DNA of 64,000 nt, taken from assembly GCA_963714275.1 (NCBI GenBank), contig CAVQNT010000005.1, positions 96,001 through 160,000 on the forward strand, read 5' to 3'. The stretch is from Candidatus Bathyarchaeota archaeon. GTDB lineage: Archaea; Thermoproteota; Bathyarchaeia; Bathyarchaeales; DTEX01. The notes under the pieces are model-generated. The model ran no database searches. It saw only the letters and a program-made list of their open reading frames with translations, and had not been told where the DNA came from. The translations under genes and the position numbers were made by a program. Shown one piece after another: positions 20,995 through 31,527 of the stretch. Numbering within the stretch: position 1 is the first letter of the stretch; each line of letters begins with the position of its first letter.

Positions 20995-21409
20995 TTATGG
21001 GAGTCTAAAGTAGTATCTTGGCCATTGAGGCCATGTTGAAGAGGACTCGGTGTCGAAGTCTACTTCCAGCTCGATTCCAACCTTTAACTTTTCGTGTTCA
21101 ACGTTTCTTATCATTCCAGGCAGCCTAAGCCCATTTTCCAACTCTACGATGCCGTATGCGTAGGGAGCCATGTTCTGAAACAGTTCAGGAGCAATGTGGA
21201 TAACGGTGTATGTCGCCAGTTTCCCTCTCGGCTTAAGCTGGGTCCATGCAAGCTCTTTTGAATAGCAGTTTGAACACACGGGTCTCGGGGGCAAATACAA
21301 GGTTCCGCATCGAGCGCATTTAGCTGCCATCAGCTTTCTCTTTCAAGGACTTGAAGAACTGCTCAATAGTGAACGGAGGCACATTAACCTGCTGACCTGT
21401 TCCTTCCAT
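20995..21409 (-). CDS. DUF35 (Zn-ribbon/OB-fold) thiolase partner; frameshift near 21335
   Basis: CARCG..YLPPRPVCSNC, GKLATYTVI, PY..GIVELENG; abuts the thiolase. Confidence 0.9.
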
Positions 21410-22590
21410 CATTTACTCCTCCTGAAAACGTGGACCAGACACGAAGCTCCACTTCCGCCAAGATTTTGCGTCAAACCAACACTGCAACCTTCGACCTGCC
21501 GTTTTTCAGCTTGCCCCGTTAACTGAAGGAAAATTTCGTACACCTGAGCTATGCCTGTTGCACCAACCGGATGCCCTTTAGATTTTAAGCCGCCACTAGT
21601 ATTGACTGGAAGGTCTCCATCCAAAGTTGGCACGCCCTTTTCGATGAATTTTCCTCCTTCTCCAGGCTTACAGAATCCCAAGTCTTCGTAGGCGATTAAT
21701 TCAGCTATCGTGAAACAATCGTGCACCTCAGCTATATCTACGTCGGCAGGTTTTATACAAGCCATATTGTAGGCTTCTTTCGCTGCGTTTATGGTAGCTT
21801 TTATTGAGGTGAAGCTTTCCCTTTGGAAAAGTCCAAGGGTGTCGCTTGCGTGACCTGAACCTGTTATGTAAACCGGGTTATCTGCGTATTTCTTGGCAAT
21901 CTCCGGTTTCGTTAGAACAACGCAGCTGGCTCCATCCGAAATTAGGGAGCAGTCATAAAGCTTAAGGGGGGTCGCAATCATCCTCGAAGCCATCACTGTT
22001 TTAAGCGAAACCTCTTTTTGGATGTGGGCCTTCGGATTTAAGGAACCGTTATGGTGATTTTTCACCGCAATGAGACCCATCTGCTGCTCAGTTGTGCCAT
22101 ATTCATGCATGTGAGCCGTAGCCATCAACGCGAAGAGTCCCGGAAACGTGATGCCGTTCCACTGTTCAAAAGGATAGTCTGCTGCCATTCCCAGAAACTC
22201 GGTGGTTTCTAAAGTGGTTTTCTTCGTCATCTTCTCGAACCCGCCCACCAGAACAACATCATAGAAGCCGGATAGTATGCTGAAAATCCCAGTCCTCAAC
22301 GCAGCGGCAGACGAAGCGCACGCAATCTCAGTTCGGATTGCTGGAACAGGCAGAAGCCCTGCCCAGTCTGAAAGCATAGGCGCCGAGTGACCCTGGTGTT
22401 CGAAGCTTTCGCTCATCATGCCGATGAAGAGACCTTTAACGTCTTTTTTCGGGTTCAAGTTTGGGCATCTTTCAAAAGTTTCTAATGCTGCTTGGGCGAA
22501 CAGTTCTCTTCCTGAAAAGTCTTCCATCTTGCCGAACTTGGACAACCCCGCTGACACGATGGCGACAAGCGGCTTTCCTTTCAACGCCAA
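21409..22590 (-). CDS. Thiolase (acetyl-CoA acetyltransferase, archaeal/SCP2-like)
   Basis: ACASS, KNH.NG..NP.A, DCS..SDGA, EVHDCFT, NTSGGLKSKGHPVGATG. Confidence 0.93.
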   Translation of the reverse strand: MALKGKPLVAIVSAGLSKFGKMEDFSGRELFAQAALETFERCPNLNPKKDVKGLFIGMMSESFEHQGHSAPMLSDWAGLLPVPAIRTEIACASSAAALRTGIFSILSGFYDVVLVGGFEKMTKKTTLETTEFLGMAADYPFEQWNGITFPGLFALMATAHMHEYGTTEQQMGLIAVKNHHNGSLNPKAHIQKEVSLKTVMASRMIATPLKLYDCSLISDGASCVVLTKPEIAKKYADNPVYITGSGHASDTLGLFQRESFTSIKATINAAKEAYNMACIKPADVDIAEVHDCFTIAELIAYEDLGFCKPGEGGKFIEKGVPTLDGDLPVNTSGGLKSKGHPVGATGIAQVYEIFLQLTGQAEKRQVEGCSVGLTQNLGGSGASCLVHVFRRSK

Positions 22591-22779
22591 CTTCTCCTCA
22601 AGACCAGACGCATAATTCAGTGTATGCCTTTTAGTTCAGTTCGTTGTATTTATTTTTACTGCGATTCGGAGAAAAACTAAGTGCTAAACGAGGGAAAACC
22701 CTAAAGTTACTTAATTCAATTGCGCAGTACCAGTAACGCTATTATATTTGTTGTTGCCGTGTAAATAGTGCATGTTCAA

Positions 22780-22870
22780 GCCTCGGTGGCTTAGCGGTTA
22801 GAGCAACAGCCTTGTATCCTCAAAAAAGAAAGAAAGTTGTGGATCGCGGGTTCAAATCCCGCCCGGGGCT
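22780..22870 (+). tRNA. tRNA-Thr(TGT) with ~18-nt anticodon-loop intron
   Basis: GCCTCGG/CCGGGGC acceptor, ACAGC-CTTGTA[intron]A-GTTGT, GCGGG-TTCAAAT-CCCGC. Confidence 0.88.
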
Positions 22871-22973
22871 TTAAACGAATTCGTTTAAAAATATGTTTCT
22901 AGAATATCTTAAAACGTGGGAAATGGCTCCTTACACTTGGTGCAGATGTTCTTATTACTTTTTTGAATGAAGA

Positions 22974-23492
22974 TCATTTGAAGATTTTTGGCTTTCTCCA
23001 TTCGTCCCTGAGAATACTGTATAGGGCTCCGTCTTTCCATTCTCTCCTGATAAAAACCGATTTACGTATCAGTCCTTCCCTACTGAATCCTGCCTTTTCT
23101 AAAACTCTAATTGAAGCAATGTTTTTCGGGTTTGCCTCAGCCTCAATACGGACTATGCCAGTCGAGAGGAAGAGGTAGTCCACAACGATTTTAATAGCCT
23201 TAGTCCCAAATCCCTTGTTTCTTTCGTTAGGCATAACTCTGAAGCCTACAGAATAATGAGGACCTCTCGGACAACAGATTATTTGACCAATTTTGGTTCC
23301 ATCCTTCTTCTCGATAATAAACCACTTCTCCTCAGGACGGAGACCATCAAACCACTTCTCAAACTCAGCAAAAGAACTTTGTATGAAAGGTTCAAACTCG
23401 CCTGAGAACCTTGGGTCATTATTCCATTCAGCGAAAAGAGGCAGATCTTCTTTTTCCAAAATTCTCAAACGGACATTTTTTCCTTCAAGCAA
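22974..23492 (-). CDS. GNAT acetyltransferase (RimJ/RimL family)
   Basis: VRLR.LE..DL, RNKGFGT.A, N.ASIRVLEKAGF..EG..RK. Confidence 0.9.
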   Translation of the reverse strand: MLEGKNVRLRILEKEDLPLFAEWNNDPRFSGEFEPFIQSSFAEFEKWFDGLRPEEKWFIIEKKDGTKIGQIICCPRGPHYSVGFRVMPNERNKGFGTKAIKIVVDYLFLSTGIVRIEAEANPKNIASIRVLEKAGFSREGLIRKSVFIRREWKDGALYSILRDEWRKPKIFK

Positions 23493-23556
23493 TTCTCGTC
23501 ACGGTTGATTGGTTTTTCTTTTCGGAACCAATAAGGATTATTCAAATAAGTTGAGT

Positions 23557-24526
23557 CTAATCACCTTTAGGTTTGAAGTACGGTATCACCTTTTCGGCGT
23601 AAAGTCGAAGGGTTTCATGGTTCGTCGGAACAATTTTTACAATAATATGTTCAGCTCCTGCCTTCACGTATTCCTCAATTCTGCTTATCCATTCATCGGG
23701 GTCTCCGACTAAACAGATTTCCTCAATGTCTTTAAGGGTTAAGTTAGGTCTCACTGCACGTCTTCTTTCTGGCAGGATTTGTTCTTCAGCTGTTTTCCGC
23801 GCCTTTTCAGAGTCTGAAGATATGCTGGCATAGGCGTAGTATCCTGCTTCGATCTGTTCGCTTTTTTTGCCAATTTTTCTTGCATGCTTCCGTATAATGC
23901 TTAGCTTTTGACGGTATTCTTCCACGGTTGGGTTAGGTATGACCCAGCCGTCTCCCAGTTCAGCTGTTAACTTCAGCATGCGTGGACCTGAGCTTCCGAT
24001 CCAAATGGGCGGATGAGGTTTCTGAAGGGGTTTAGGTAAACAGGTGCCGTCTTTGATCTTGTAGAATTTTCCATCGTAATTGACTGAGGGCTTCTCCCAC
24101 AGCATCCTAACTATCTCTACAGCCTCGTGCATCACGCTTGTTTTTCTTTCGAAGGGGAACCCGAAGGCTTCGAATTCTTTTTTGTACCATCCAGCTCCCG
24201 ACTCCCAGGATGAAGCGACCGCCCGATATTATGTCCAATGTGGCTCCTGCTTTGGCGATAAGCGCGGGGTGACGGAATGGAGCGCAGACAACCTTTGTTC
24301 CAATCGTCAATTTTTTGGTTCTCGCAGCTACAGCGGATAATGAGGCAAACACTTCCAGCGAACCTTTGTTCGGAACGGTGTACATGAGGTGGTCTGACAT
24401 CCAAACGGAGTCGAGGCCAAGTTTTTCTGCGAGTTGAGCTGTCTCAACAATCTCGTTAAACGTACTGTATTCCCAAGGCCAAATCGTCAAATCCAACCCG
24501 AACTTTACCATACGTTGTTTCACCAA
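23557..24526 (-). CDS. LLM-class (probably F420-dependent) oxidoreductase; frameshift near 24195
   Basis: DSVWMSDH, RHPALIAK..ATLD.ISGGR..LG.G, PKPLQKPHPPIWIG, A...DGW. Confidence 0.88.
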
Positions 24527-24995
24527 GTCTCAACATAGGAGATGTCTGAAGACTTAATGTATCTCTAAAAATGTTTATTTATTTTTGTATTTTTTATGTT
24601 TACGCTTTATTTTCTATTATTTAGTTGATTAATGTTATTCACTTTAGAATTATGTGTTTCAGCATCTCTGGCAGGTCTGATTTGTTCATCATCCGAGTTT
24701 CAATTTTATGTAACATATCGCAACCTAAAAAGACCTGTCTGTTTTGCAGCGCACCTGTTCTGTTGTTTTTGGGCGCAAACATAGACACGTGTTTGTTTCG
24801 TTAGTCGTGATGGTTTTTTAATTATACAAAATGTTTGTCATGCAAACGGAAAACTTGTTTTTCACACAAAACAGACCAGATGGGAACGCTTGAGCCTGCT
24901 GTTCTACGAAGTTTCCGTGGATTCCGTTTGTGAATGTCTTAAATAGAATAGAAGCAAATATTATTTCCAAACGCATACATTGTTAGTGCAAAAAA

Positions 24996-25427
24996 TTGAG
25001 CGAACAAGGAGTCTCCGACCGTCTCGAAGAGGTCAGCAAGAAACTGGATACCATAATGCGGAGACTCGATGTTCTGGAAACGATGGTTCTCGAAAAACCT
25101 GAGTACGCTGAAGTTGCCTCCTCACTTAGGCTTGTTAGGCTCGGGGTAAGATTGTACGACGAGCCGATCAAGGTTTTGTCGCGCCTGAAATTGGCTGAAC
25201 GGTACATCAAGGAAACACGGATTTCGAAAGACGAGATTTCCCGCTGCATCGTTCAAGCCTTAGCCCTGAAAGGTCCGCTGAACACGTCCGCAATCACCCG
25301 CGAAGTCGAGACGATGAGGGGCAAAGCGTCAAGAAGAATCGTCAGAGCCAGACTCAAAAACCTCGAAAAAATGTATGTCGTCCGCCAAGTGGAAGGGTTC
25401 GGAACAAAATACGAACTCATCGAGTAA
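24996..25427 (+). CDS. Hypothetical protein with C-terminal winged HTH
   Basis: N-terminal coiled coil; GPLNTSAITR...GKASRRIVRARL..LE. Confidence 0.65.
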   Translation: MSEQGVSDRLEEVSKKLDTIMRRLDVLETMVLEKPEYAEVASSLRLVRLGVRLYDEPIKVLSRLKLAERYIKETRISKDEISRCIVQALALKGPLNTSAITREVETMRGKASRRIVRARLKNLEKMYVVRQVEGFGTKYELIE

Positions 25428-25548
25428 ACATAAATGATAAATTCTGAGGATGCTAGGAACATTATAATAGTTTTCAGTAGGCTTGGCGATAACATCAGTT
25501 ACACCGAAATTATTGGGAAATATATACTTACACGGAAATTTTATTAAT

Positions 25549-26544
25549 ATGATTAAATTCGGGTATCGCGCTGTTGAGGAGAAATATCAGCCCAGCCAAT
25601 TGTTAACCTATGCTGCATTAGCTGAAAAACAGGGCTTCGAATTCGTTTGCATAAGCGACCATTTCTTACCTTGGTTCCATAAGGATGGACATTCGGGGCA
25701 CGCTTGGATATGGATAGCTGCTGCTGGGGCAAAAACAAAAAAGGTTCGTCTGGGCACTGGCGTCACGACCTGCATCTACAGGTATCACCCCGCAATCGTC
25801 GCCCAAGCCTTCGCATCACTGGATGAACTGTATCCGGGTAGAATTTTTCTCGGCATGGGAACAGGAGAGGCAATGAACGAGGAACCAATAGGTCTCAATT
25901 GGCCTTCTTTTGATGAAAGGCTCGAGAGAACGGTGGAGGCGGTAAAGATCATAAAGTCTCTTTGGGAGAAAGACTTCGTGGATTTTAAAGGAAAGTATTA
26001 CAATTTAAGAAAGACAAACCTATATACTAAGCCGATGAAGAAAATCCCTATCTACTTTGCCGCTTCTGGAACCAGAGCGTCCAGAGCTTCTGGCAGACTT
26101 GGGGATGCCCTTATGACAACTGATTTTGACCGCGAACGCGTTCTTCGGATTTTTGCTTCTTTCGAGGAAGGCGTGAAGGAGAGCGGAAGAAGGATCGAAG
26201 ACATGCCCAAAATGGTAGAGATGAAAGTATCCTACGACGAAGACTACGATAGGGCACTGGACTCGCTTTCAGTCTGGAAGGCAACAACCATTCCAGGCAT
26301 CTTCAGCAGACCCATCAGTGACCCGAGAGAACTTGACAAAATGGGAGAGACAGTTGACCCTGCGCAACTGGCAGGAAAAGTCTACACCAACATGGAACAT
26401 CTCATACGGAAAATCGAGGAATACGTCGAAATCGGCTTCAACGAAATACAGGTCGGCAGCTCCAGCCCAGACGAACAAAAGTTCATACGAGAATTTGGCA
26501 AAAAAGCTCTACCGTATCTTCAAGAAAAATATTCCTCAGTTTAA
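25549..26544 (+). CDS. F420-dependent LLM oxidoreductase (G6PDH-like family)
   Basis: SDHFLPW.H, GTGVT...RYHPAIVAQAFASL..LYPGR.FLG.GTGEAMNE. Confidence 0.88.
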   Translation: MIKFGYRAVEEKYQPSQLLTYAALAEKQGFEFVCISDHFLPWFHKDGHSGHAWIWIAAAGAKTKKVRLGTGVTTCIYRYHPAIVAQAFASLDELYPGRIFLGMGTGEAMNEEPIGLNWPSFDERLERTVEAVKIIKSLWEKDFVDFKGKYYNLRKTNLYTKPMKKIPIYFAASGTRASRASGRLGDALMTTDFDRERVLRIFASFEEGVKESGRRIEDMPKMVEMKVSYDEDYDRALDSLSVWKATTIPGIFSRPISDPRELDKMGETVDPAQLAGKVYTNMEHLIRKIEEYVEIGFNEIQVGSSSPDEQKFIREFGKKALPYLQEKYSSV

Positions 26545-26647
26545 ATTCCCTATAATTCCATGTTTATTAATAATACATCCATCAATGAAGAATAACATAA
26601 AAAAAATAGTCTAATCTGGTCACTTTTGCCCATAATGGTTAACATGG

Positions 26648-27058
26648 GTGACCACACTAAGTATTGTTCAGCAAACAATGGAGGTGTTAAAAGAAATGCC
26701 AGAAGACCCAGAAGAAGTTGAAAAGATTCTAAAGACAGTCTCCGACATGGTTCCGACACTAGTAAAAGGCGTGTTAGGAGCAATCTTCTCGCCTGAAGCT
26801 GGAAAAAACATGGGCGCCGCAGCAGCAAACTTCTATAAGGAAGTGAAAGCTGGTGGACTACCGGAAGACGTCGCTGTTAAAATGACTCAAGACTACATGA
26901 AGACCTTCACAGACATCGGAAGCCTAATCAAAGATCTTTCCAGTCAAAAAGGAGGCATACATATCGGGGATGGATCAAGCAAAGACGAAGTATCAAAAAT
27001 AGTCGATGAAGAAATCCGCAAGAAGGTAGCGGAAAAACAAGAGCAAAAAACCGTTTAA
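26648..27058 (+). CDS. Hypothetical protein
   Basis: Long ORF with coding-like composition and a GGAGGTG SD before the ATG at 26696. Shares 'GG...E.A' helix with the next ORF. Confidence 0.65.
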   Translation: MTTLSIVQQTMEVLKEMPEDPEEVEKILKTVSDMVPTLVKGVLGAIFSPEAGKNMGAAAANFYKEVKAGGLPEDVAVKMTQDYMKTFTDIGSLIKDLSSQKGGIHIGDGSSKDEVSKIVDEEIRKKVAEKQEQKTV

Positions 27059-27083
27059 ATCCCCTTTTTTTGAGGGAAACAAG

Positions 27084-27384
27084 TTGGAGATAAAGACAAT
27101 CGTGACCGTCATCAAAGGCAGCTACTACATCCTGAAGATGGCTGGAAGCCTATTGACCGCATGGCTGACTTTAGGCTGGCGCGTTAGAAGAGCACGGAAA
27201 TCCTTCGAAAAACAACTAATCAAAGGCGGAATGGCAAGAGAAGACGCTGAACAGATAAGCGAAGTCTACTCAGACTTTAAGGACCAAATGATGGGAGCTG
27301 TAAAGGGCGCTTTTTCGAAAGTCAGAAATCCCCTAACAAAAACAGTCACTCGCCATCAACCAACACAACATCCGAATAAACCAA
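27084..27384 (+). CDS. Small hypothetical protein; the long 3' tail of ORF 27084..27701 is probably read-through antisense to lipS1
   Basis: First ~85 aa look protein-like (WRVRRARKSFEKQLIKGGM...A); the end coordinate is approximate. Confidence 0.5.
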
Positions 27385-28347
27385 TGAACAACATAAGTCT
27401 AGAAAACTTTACATTGAGCCCCAGATTCTCCGCAGCCTTCACAGCTTCAACTGTTGGAAAAGCTATAGCGTTGACTCCAGCTTCAATAGCCAAAACATCG
27501 ATATCCGACCTAAGTTTCCCTTTTGGTCTAGCACACCCTAAGGCAATCGGAACCTTAGGCATAATGGACCTTGCTTTAACCAGCACGTCGGCAACAATTT
27601 CTAGAGAGGGTGGCTTAACATTCTCCATTCTTGTTCCCCGAATCGGGAAAAACACAATCAGTATCAAAGCTGAAGGCTGGAATTCAGTCTATCATCTCTA
27701 AAGCGTTCAGTTCACCTTTTAATTCGCCATAGTGCAATCCGACTAGAACGTGCGGAGTGAAGGGTATCCCAGAGAATTTTAAGGCAAGCAAGCTTTGGTG
27801 GTAATCCTTGGTTGTCGCATCAACGTGGTAAACTTCCTTCGCCGTCTCTTCGGAGCCTAAGATGTCGATTGAAACCGCGTCAACTCCAGACTTTTTTTAG
27901 CCTATTCGCTGTATAAATATCTATAAGACCCGAATGAACCACAATAGTCAGCCCAAACTTTTTGGCTTCAGTAATCGCATCAACAAATCCGCTTATTGGC
28001 ACCGACCCGTCTGGAAGACACCCACCGCTTATTAGGCAGCCAACAGCTCCCTTTGCCTTAATCTTCTTGCACGTTTCAACCAAAGTCTGGGGCGATGTGG
28101 CTGGAATCATTGTCTCTAAAAGTTTTCCTCCACAATGGCTGCAGTTCAACGAACAGGAGCTTCCAGTAATCGAAATCGAAGGAAAAGCATTCCGCGAAGA
28201 CCGAAAATATTTGTTTTCGTAGTGAACGAATCCTGGCGCATAAAAACAGATTCTTTTCCCAAAATACTTCCAACTAAGAAGCCGTGCCTGTTTAACTCGT
28301 TCTTTAAAATCACTGGGCATCTGCGAATAATCAATCATAACATGCAT
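27356..28347 (-). CDS. lipS1: Radical SAM protein, LipS1-type archaeal lipoyl synthase subunit; frameshifted
   Basis: SISITG..CSLNCSHC, G.LISGG, PH..VGLH, LGCARP, C-terminal Cys residues. GC(M/A)R is the described LipS1 motif. Confidence 0.72.
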
Positions 28348-28454
28348 CTGTTCTTTAATTCAGATTAAAAGATTTTGTCAATTATGGAATAATTTCAAAC
28401 ACTAAAAAAGAGTAAAGCCATGACAAATCCTAGACAGTGAAAAGAGGGTCTATT

Positions 28455-29415
28455 TTACTCGTTTTTTGTTCTACCAATCAGGGAAGCAATCATTAAAGGC
28501 AAAAGAACCGTGGCGTCTCCCTCGATAGTCACCTGCTTTGCGGCTTCCTTCACTTTCCCCCAAGAAATAGCCTCTCTGACTTGAGCCCCGGAAAGGCTGC
28601 CGTCCCACTCAACAGCGGTCGTAACGTAAACGGCGTAGTCGAGCCCTCCTTTGAACTGGTTCCACCAAATAACGTGGTGCTTCGAAATTCCGCCCCCAAT
28701 AACAAAAGCCCCCGTCTTCTTGGAATCAAAAATCAGGTCGTTGAGTTCCTGCTCGTCCTTCAGAACGTCGATTTTCAGTTTATGGTCCTGACTGAAAAGC
28801 CAAATCTGGTAACCCACAGCTCCATCTGTCAACCCCGGAATGTAGACTGGAACCCTATTTTTTGCTGCCCAATAAAGAATCGACTCTTCGTTGCACAGTC
28901 TTTCCCCAATTTTCCAGCAGAGCTCACGGCTCGATATTTCGCGGATGCCTTCGTCCCAAAGAGTTGAAAGGAGCTCCTGCATCTTTTTTTCGATGATTAT
29001 TCCGTAGCTGTCGTTTGGCACCAGAATGTTTCCGAGTCGGTTCACGTTTTTTCTGTGAAGCTCGCCTATCATCCAAGTTAAAGGAGCCTCGGTAATAGTC
29101 CTTCCAGCACCGCGCCAAGTCATGGTCAAGGGTTCCACAAGTGGTCACAACAACATCGGCGAAGCGGCGTTTCACCATTTCCCTGATGACGCCTCTCGTC
29201 CCAGTTGCTACGATGCAGGCGGGGAAAGAAAAGAATTTGGTGCACTTTTTGTCGGCAACCATGTTTTCCAGAACATCGATTCCTGTCACAACCTTTTCTG
29301 CTGAGAATCCCCACGAACCCCGCATCTGGTCAACAAGTTCCTCAACGGACATGCCTCGACTAAGGCGAAAGTCCTTAACAGCGTCGTAATCAACAGTCAA
29401 CTTTACAGTCTCCAC
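28455..29415 (-). CDS. dhs: Deoxyhypusine synthase; frameshift near 29070
   Basis: ATGTRG, VTTCG...HD, NRLGNILVPN..Y, TDGAVG, GGGISKHH, DGSLSGA...EAISWGKV, GDATVLLP. Confidence 0.93.
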
Positions 29416-29602
29416 GTTTTGATTCGACCGAAAAGTAGGCTCAAGACTCCTATAATCGTTACGGAAACCTAATTAGACAGCAAACAACTCTGGAATCTTG
29501 ATCGTTCATGAACAACCCAAAATAGTATAGTTGCGTATTTTTTAGGTAGTATAAGGTTCTTATAATGACCGTTACGTTCACGCGACAATGAGGTTTAACT
29601 GA

Positions 29603-30601
29603 ATGACTGTGGAAGAAATCCCTAGAAAAATCAGGATATCAGTCGGTTCAGCCATAATCTTAGGTTTGACCGAAGGCTGGTTGAATACCTTACTAACCAC
29701 AATATACATATTGACCTATAAACGCGGCAAATGTTCCGCCAGCTGCACCTTCTGTCCACAGTCAAAAACAAGCAGCGGAAGGGCAGACATGCTTTCAAGA
29801 GTCATCTGGCCAGAGTTCCCCACCGAGAAAGTTGTTGCACGCATCGCAGAAGCCCACAAAAAAGGCAACGTTCAAAGAGTGTGCATTCAAGCCCTAAACT
29901 ACCCGAACGTCCAGAGAGACTTGATAAACATAGCCAGATCAATACGTGGCACATGCGGAATACCGATATCGGTTTCCTGTCAACCCCTATCTCAAAAAAA
30001 GATACAAGCATTAGCTGAAGCTGGCGTCAACCGCATAAGCGTTGCCTTGGACGCTACGACAGAGAAACTGTTCGATGAAGTGAAGGGTGCTTCAGCTGGA
30101 GGACCATACAGATGGAGGAATCACCTGAAGTCCTTGGAAGAGACTGTTCAGATTTTTGGGAGAAACAACGTTTCTACGCACTTGATTGCTGGACTAGGAG
30201 AGCAAGAAGAAGATTTCATCAAGTTAATCCAGAAATGCGTCGACATGGGCGTCTATCCCGCTATTTTCGCTTTCACACCTGTTCCTGGCACAATCATGGA
30301 GCACAATCCGCCACCACCGATTGAAATTTACCGTAGAATGCAGCTTGCACAATACTTGATTACTCATGGTTTGTCTCGTTACGAGGAGATGAGGTTTGAG
30401 AAGAGGTGTCTAGTGGACTTCGGGCTTCAAAAAACCAATTTGTTAGAAATCGTAAAAACTGGTGAGCCGTTTCGAACTTCGGGTTGTCCAGGATGTAACA
30501 GACCGTATTATAATGAACGTCCAGGAGGCACCATCTACAATTACCCCAAAAAACCTACAAAAAACGGAATAGCGGAGATTGAAAAAGTTTTATGTTTGTA
30601 A
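29603..30601 (+). CDS. lipS2: Radical SAM protein, LipS2-type archaeal lipoyl synthase subunit
   Basis: CSASCTFCPQ, LSRVIWP, THLIAGLGE, FAFTP, TSGCPGCNRPYYNE (TxGCPxCNRP LipS2 motif). Confidence 0.78.
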   Translation: MTVEEIPRKIRISVGSAIILGLTEGWLNTLLTTIYILTYKRGKCSASCTFCPQSKTSSGRADMLSRVIWPEFPTEKVVARIAEAHKKGNVQRVCIQALNYPNVQRDLINIARSIRGTCGIPISVSCQPLSQKKIQALAEAGVNRISVALDATTEKLFDEVKGASAGGPYRWRNHLKSLEETVQIFGRNNVSTHLIAGLGEQEEDFIKLIQKCVDMGVYPAIFAFTPVPGTIMEHNPPPPIEIYRRMQLAQYLITHGLSRYEEMRFEKRCLVDFGLQKTNLLEIVKTGEPFRTSGCPGCNRPYYNERPGGTIYNYPKKPTKNGIAEIEKVLCL

Positions 30602-30638
30602 CCACATAAAGGGATTGAGTCACAATGGAGGATCGAAG

Positions 30639-31478
30639 ATGAAAATTTTCGTTGACACCGCGGAAATCGAGGAGATAAAGACTGCCATTTCTTGGGGGAT
30701 AGTGAACGGCGTAACGACTAATCCTTCGCTGATCAAAAAAGCCGTGGATAAAAGGCAAGGTAAAGTCACAATGGCGGAATACATCGAAGAAATCGTAAAA
30801 ATCACCCCCGGACCAGTCAGCCTTGAAGTTCTCGGGGGAACAGCTAACGAAATGATCACGCAGGGAAGGCTGCTTTACAAAAAGTTCAGCCCTTACGGAA
30901 ATGTTGCGATAAAAATACCCGTGAATCCGAGCTTACAAGAAAACGATGGTCTTGAATTCGACGGGTTGAGGGCAATAAAGCATCTCAGCAACGAAGACAT
31001 ACCGGTCAATGTGACTTTGATCATGACTCCTGAACAGGCATTGCTTGCAGCCAAAGCTGGAGCAGCTTATGCAAGTCCCTTCGCAGGCAGAATAGACGAT
31101 TACATACGGATAAAAATGGGGCTGAAGCTAGGAACGGATTTCCAGAAAGACTCTTACTTTGACTCGAATCTCGCGAGAAAGGCTTGTGAAAAGAAAACTG
31201 TGGAGATGGGGCAAGACAACGGAGTCTGGAGTGGAGTAGACCTTGTGGCCAGAATCCTGAGAATCTATCAAAACTATGGGTTCAAAACAGAGGTCATCGC
31301 TGCCAGCATCAGAAATCCCCGTCAAGCAAGGGAAGTTGCGGAGTTAGGAGTTCACATAGCAACCCTACCGTTTGAGGTTATTCAAGGAATTGTTACGCAT
31401 GTCAAAACAATTGAGGGAATACGGAGTTTCACAGCTGACATCGTTCCTCCTTACCGAGACCTGTTTGGTCGTGAATAA
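30639..31478 (+). CDS. tal: Transaldolase (TalC/Fsa family)
   Basis: IFVDTA, GVTTNPSL, IKIP, NVTL, SPFAGRIDD, AASIR. Confidence 0.92.
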   Translation: MKIFVDTAEIEEIKTAISWGIVNGVTTNPSLIKKAVDKRQGKVTMAEYIEEIVKITPGPVSLEVLGGTANEMITQGRLLYKKFSPYGNVAIKIPVNPSLQENDGLEFDGLRAIKHLSNEDIPVNVTLIMTPEQALLAAKAGAAYASPFAGRIDDYIRIKMGLKLGTDFQKDSYFDSNLARKACEKKTVEMGQDNGVWSGVDLVARILRIYQNYGFKTEVIAASIRNPRQAREVAELGVHIATLPFEVIQGIVTHVKTIEGIRSFTADIVPPYRDLFGRE

Positions 31479-31527
31479 AAGTGATTAGCTGCAAAAAGTG
31501 CTGTTGCTTATCCAATGATTTTGAAGG

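Noticed and set aside
24663-24882. Hammerhead ribozyme, SRP RNA or RNase P RNA identity for the structured region
   Set aside because: The conserved cores (CUGANGA/GAAA, SRP helix 8, GAGGAAAGUCC) are not found at the right positions on either strand.
27385-27701. Long overlap between ORF 27084..27701 and lipS1, and other antisense ORFs in the track
   Set aside because: These are shadow frames of well-supported genes with no recognisable motifs.
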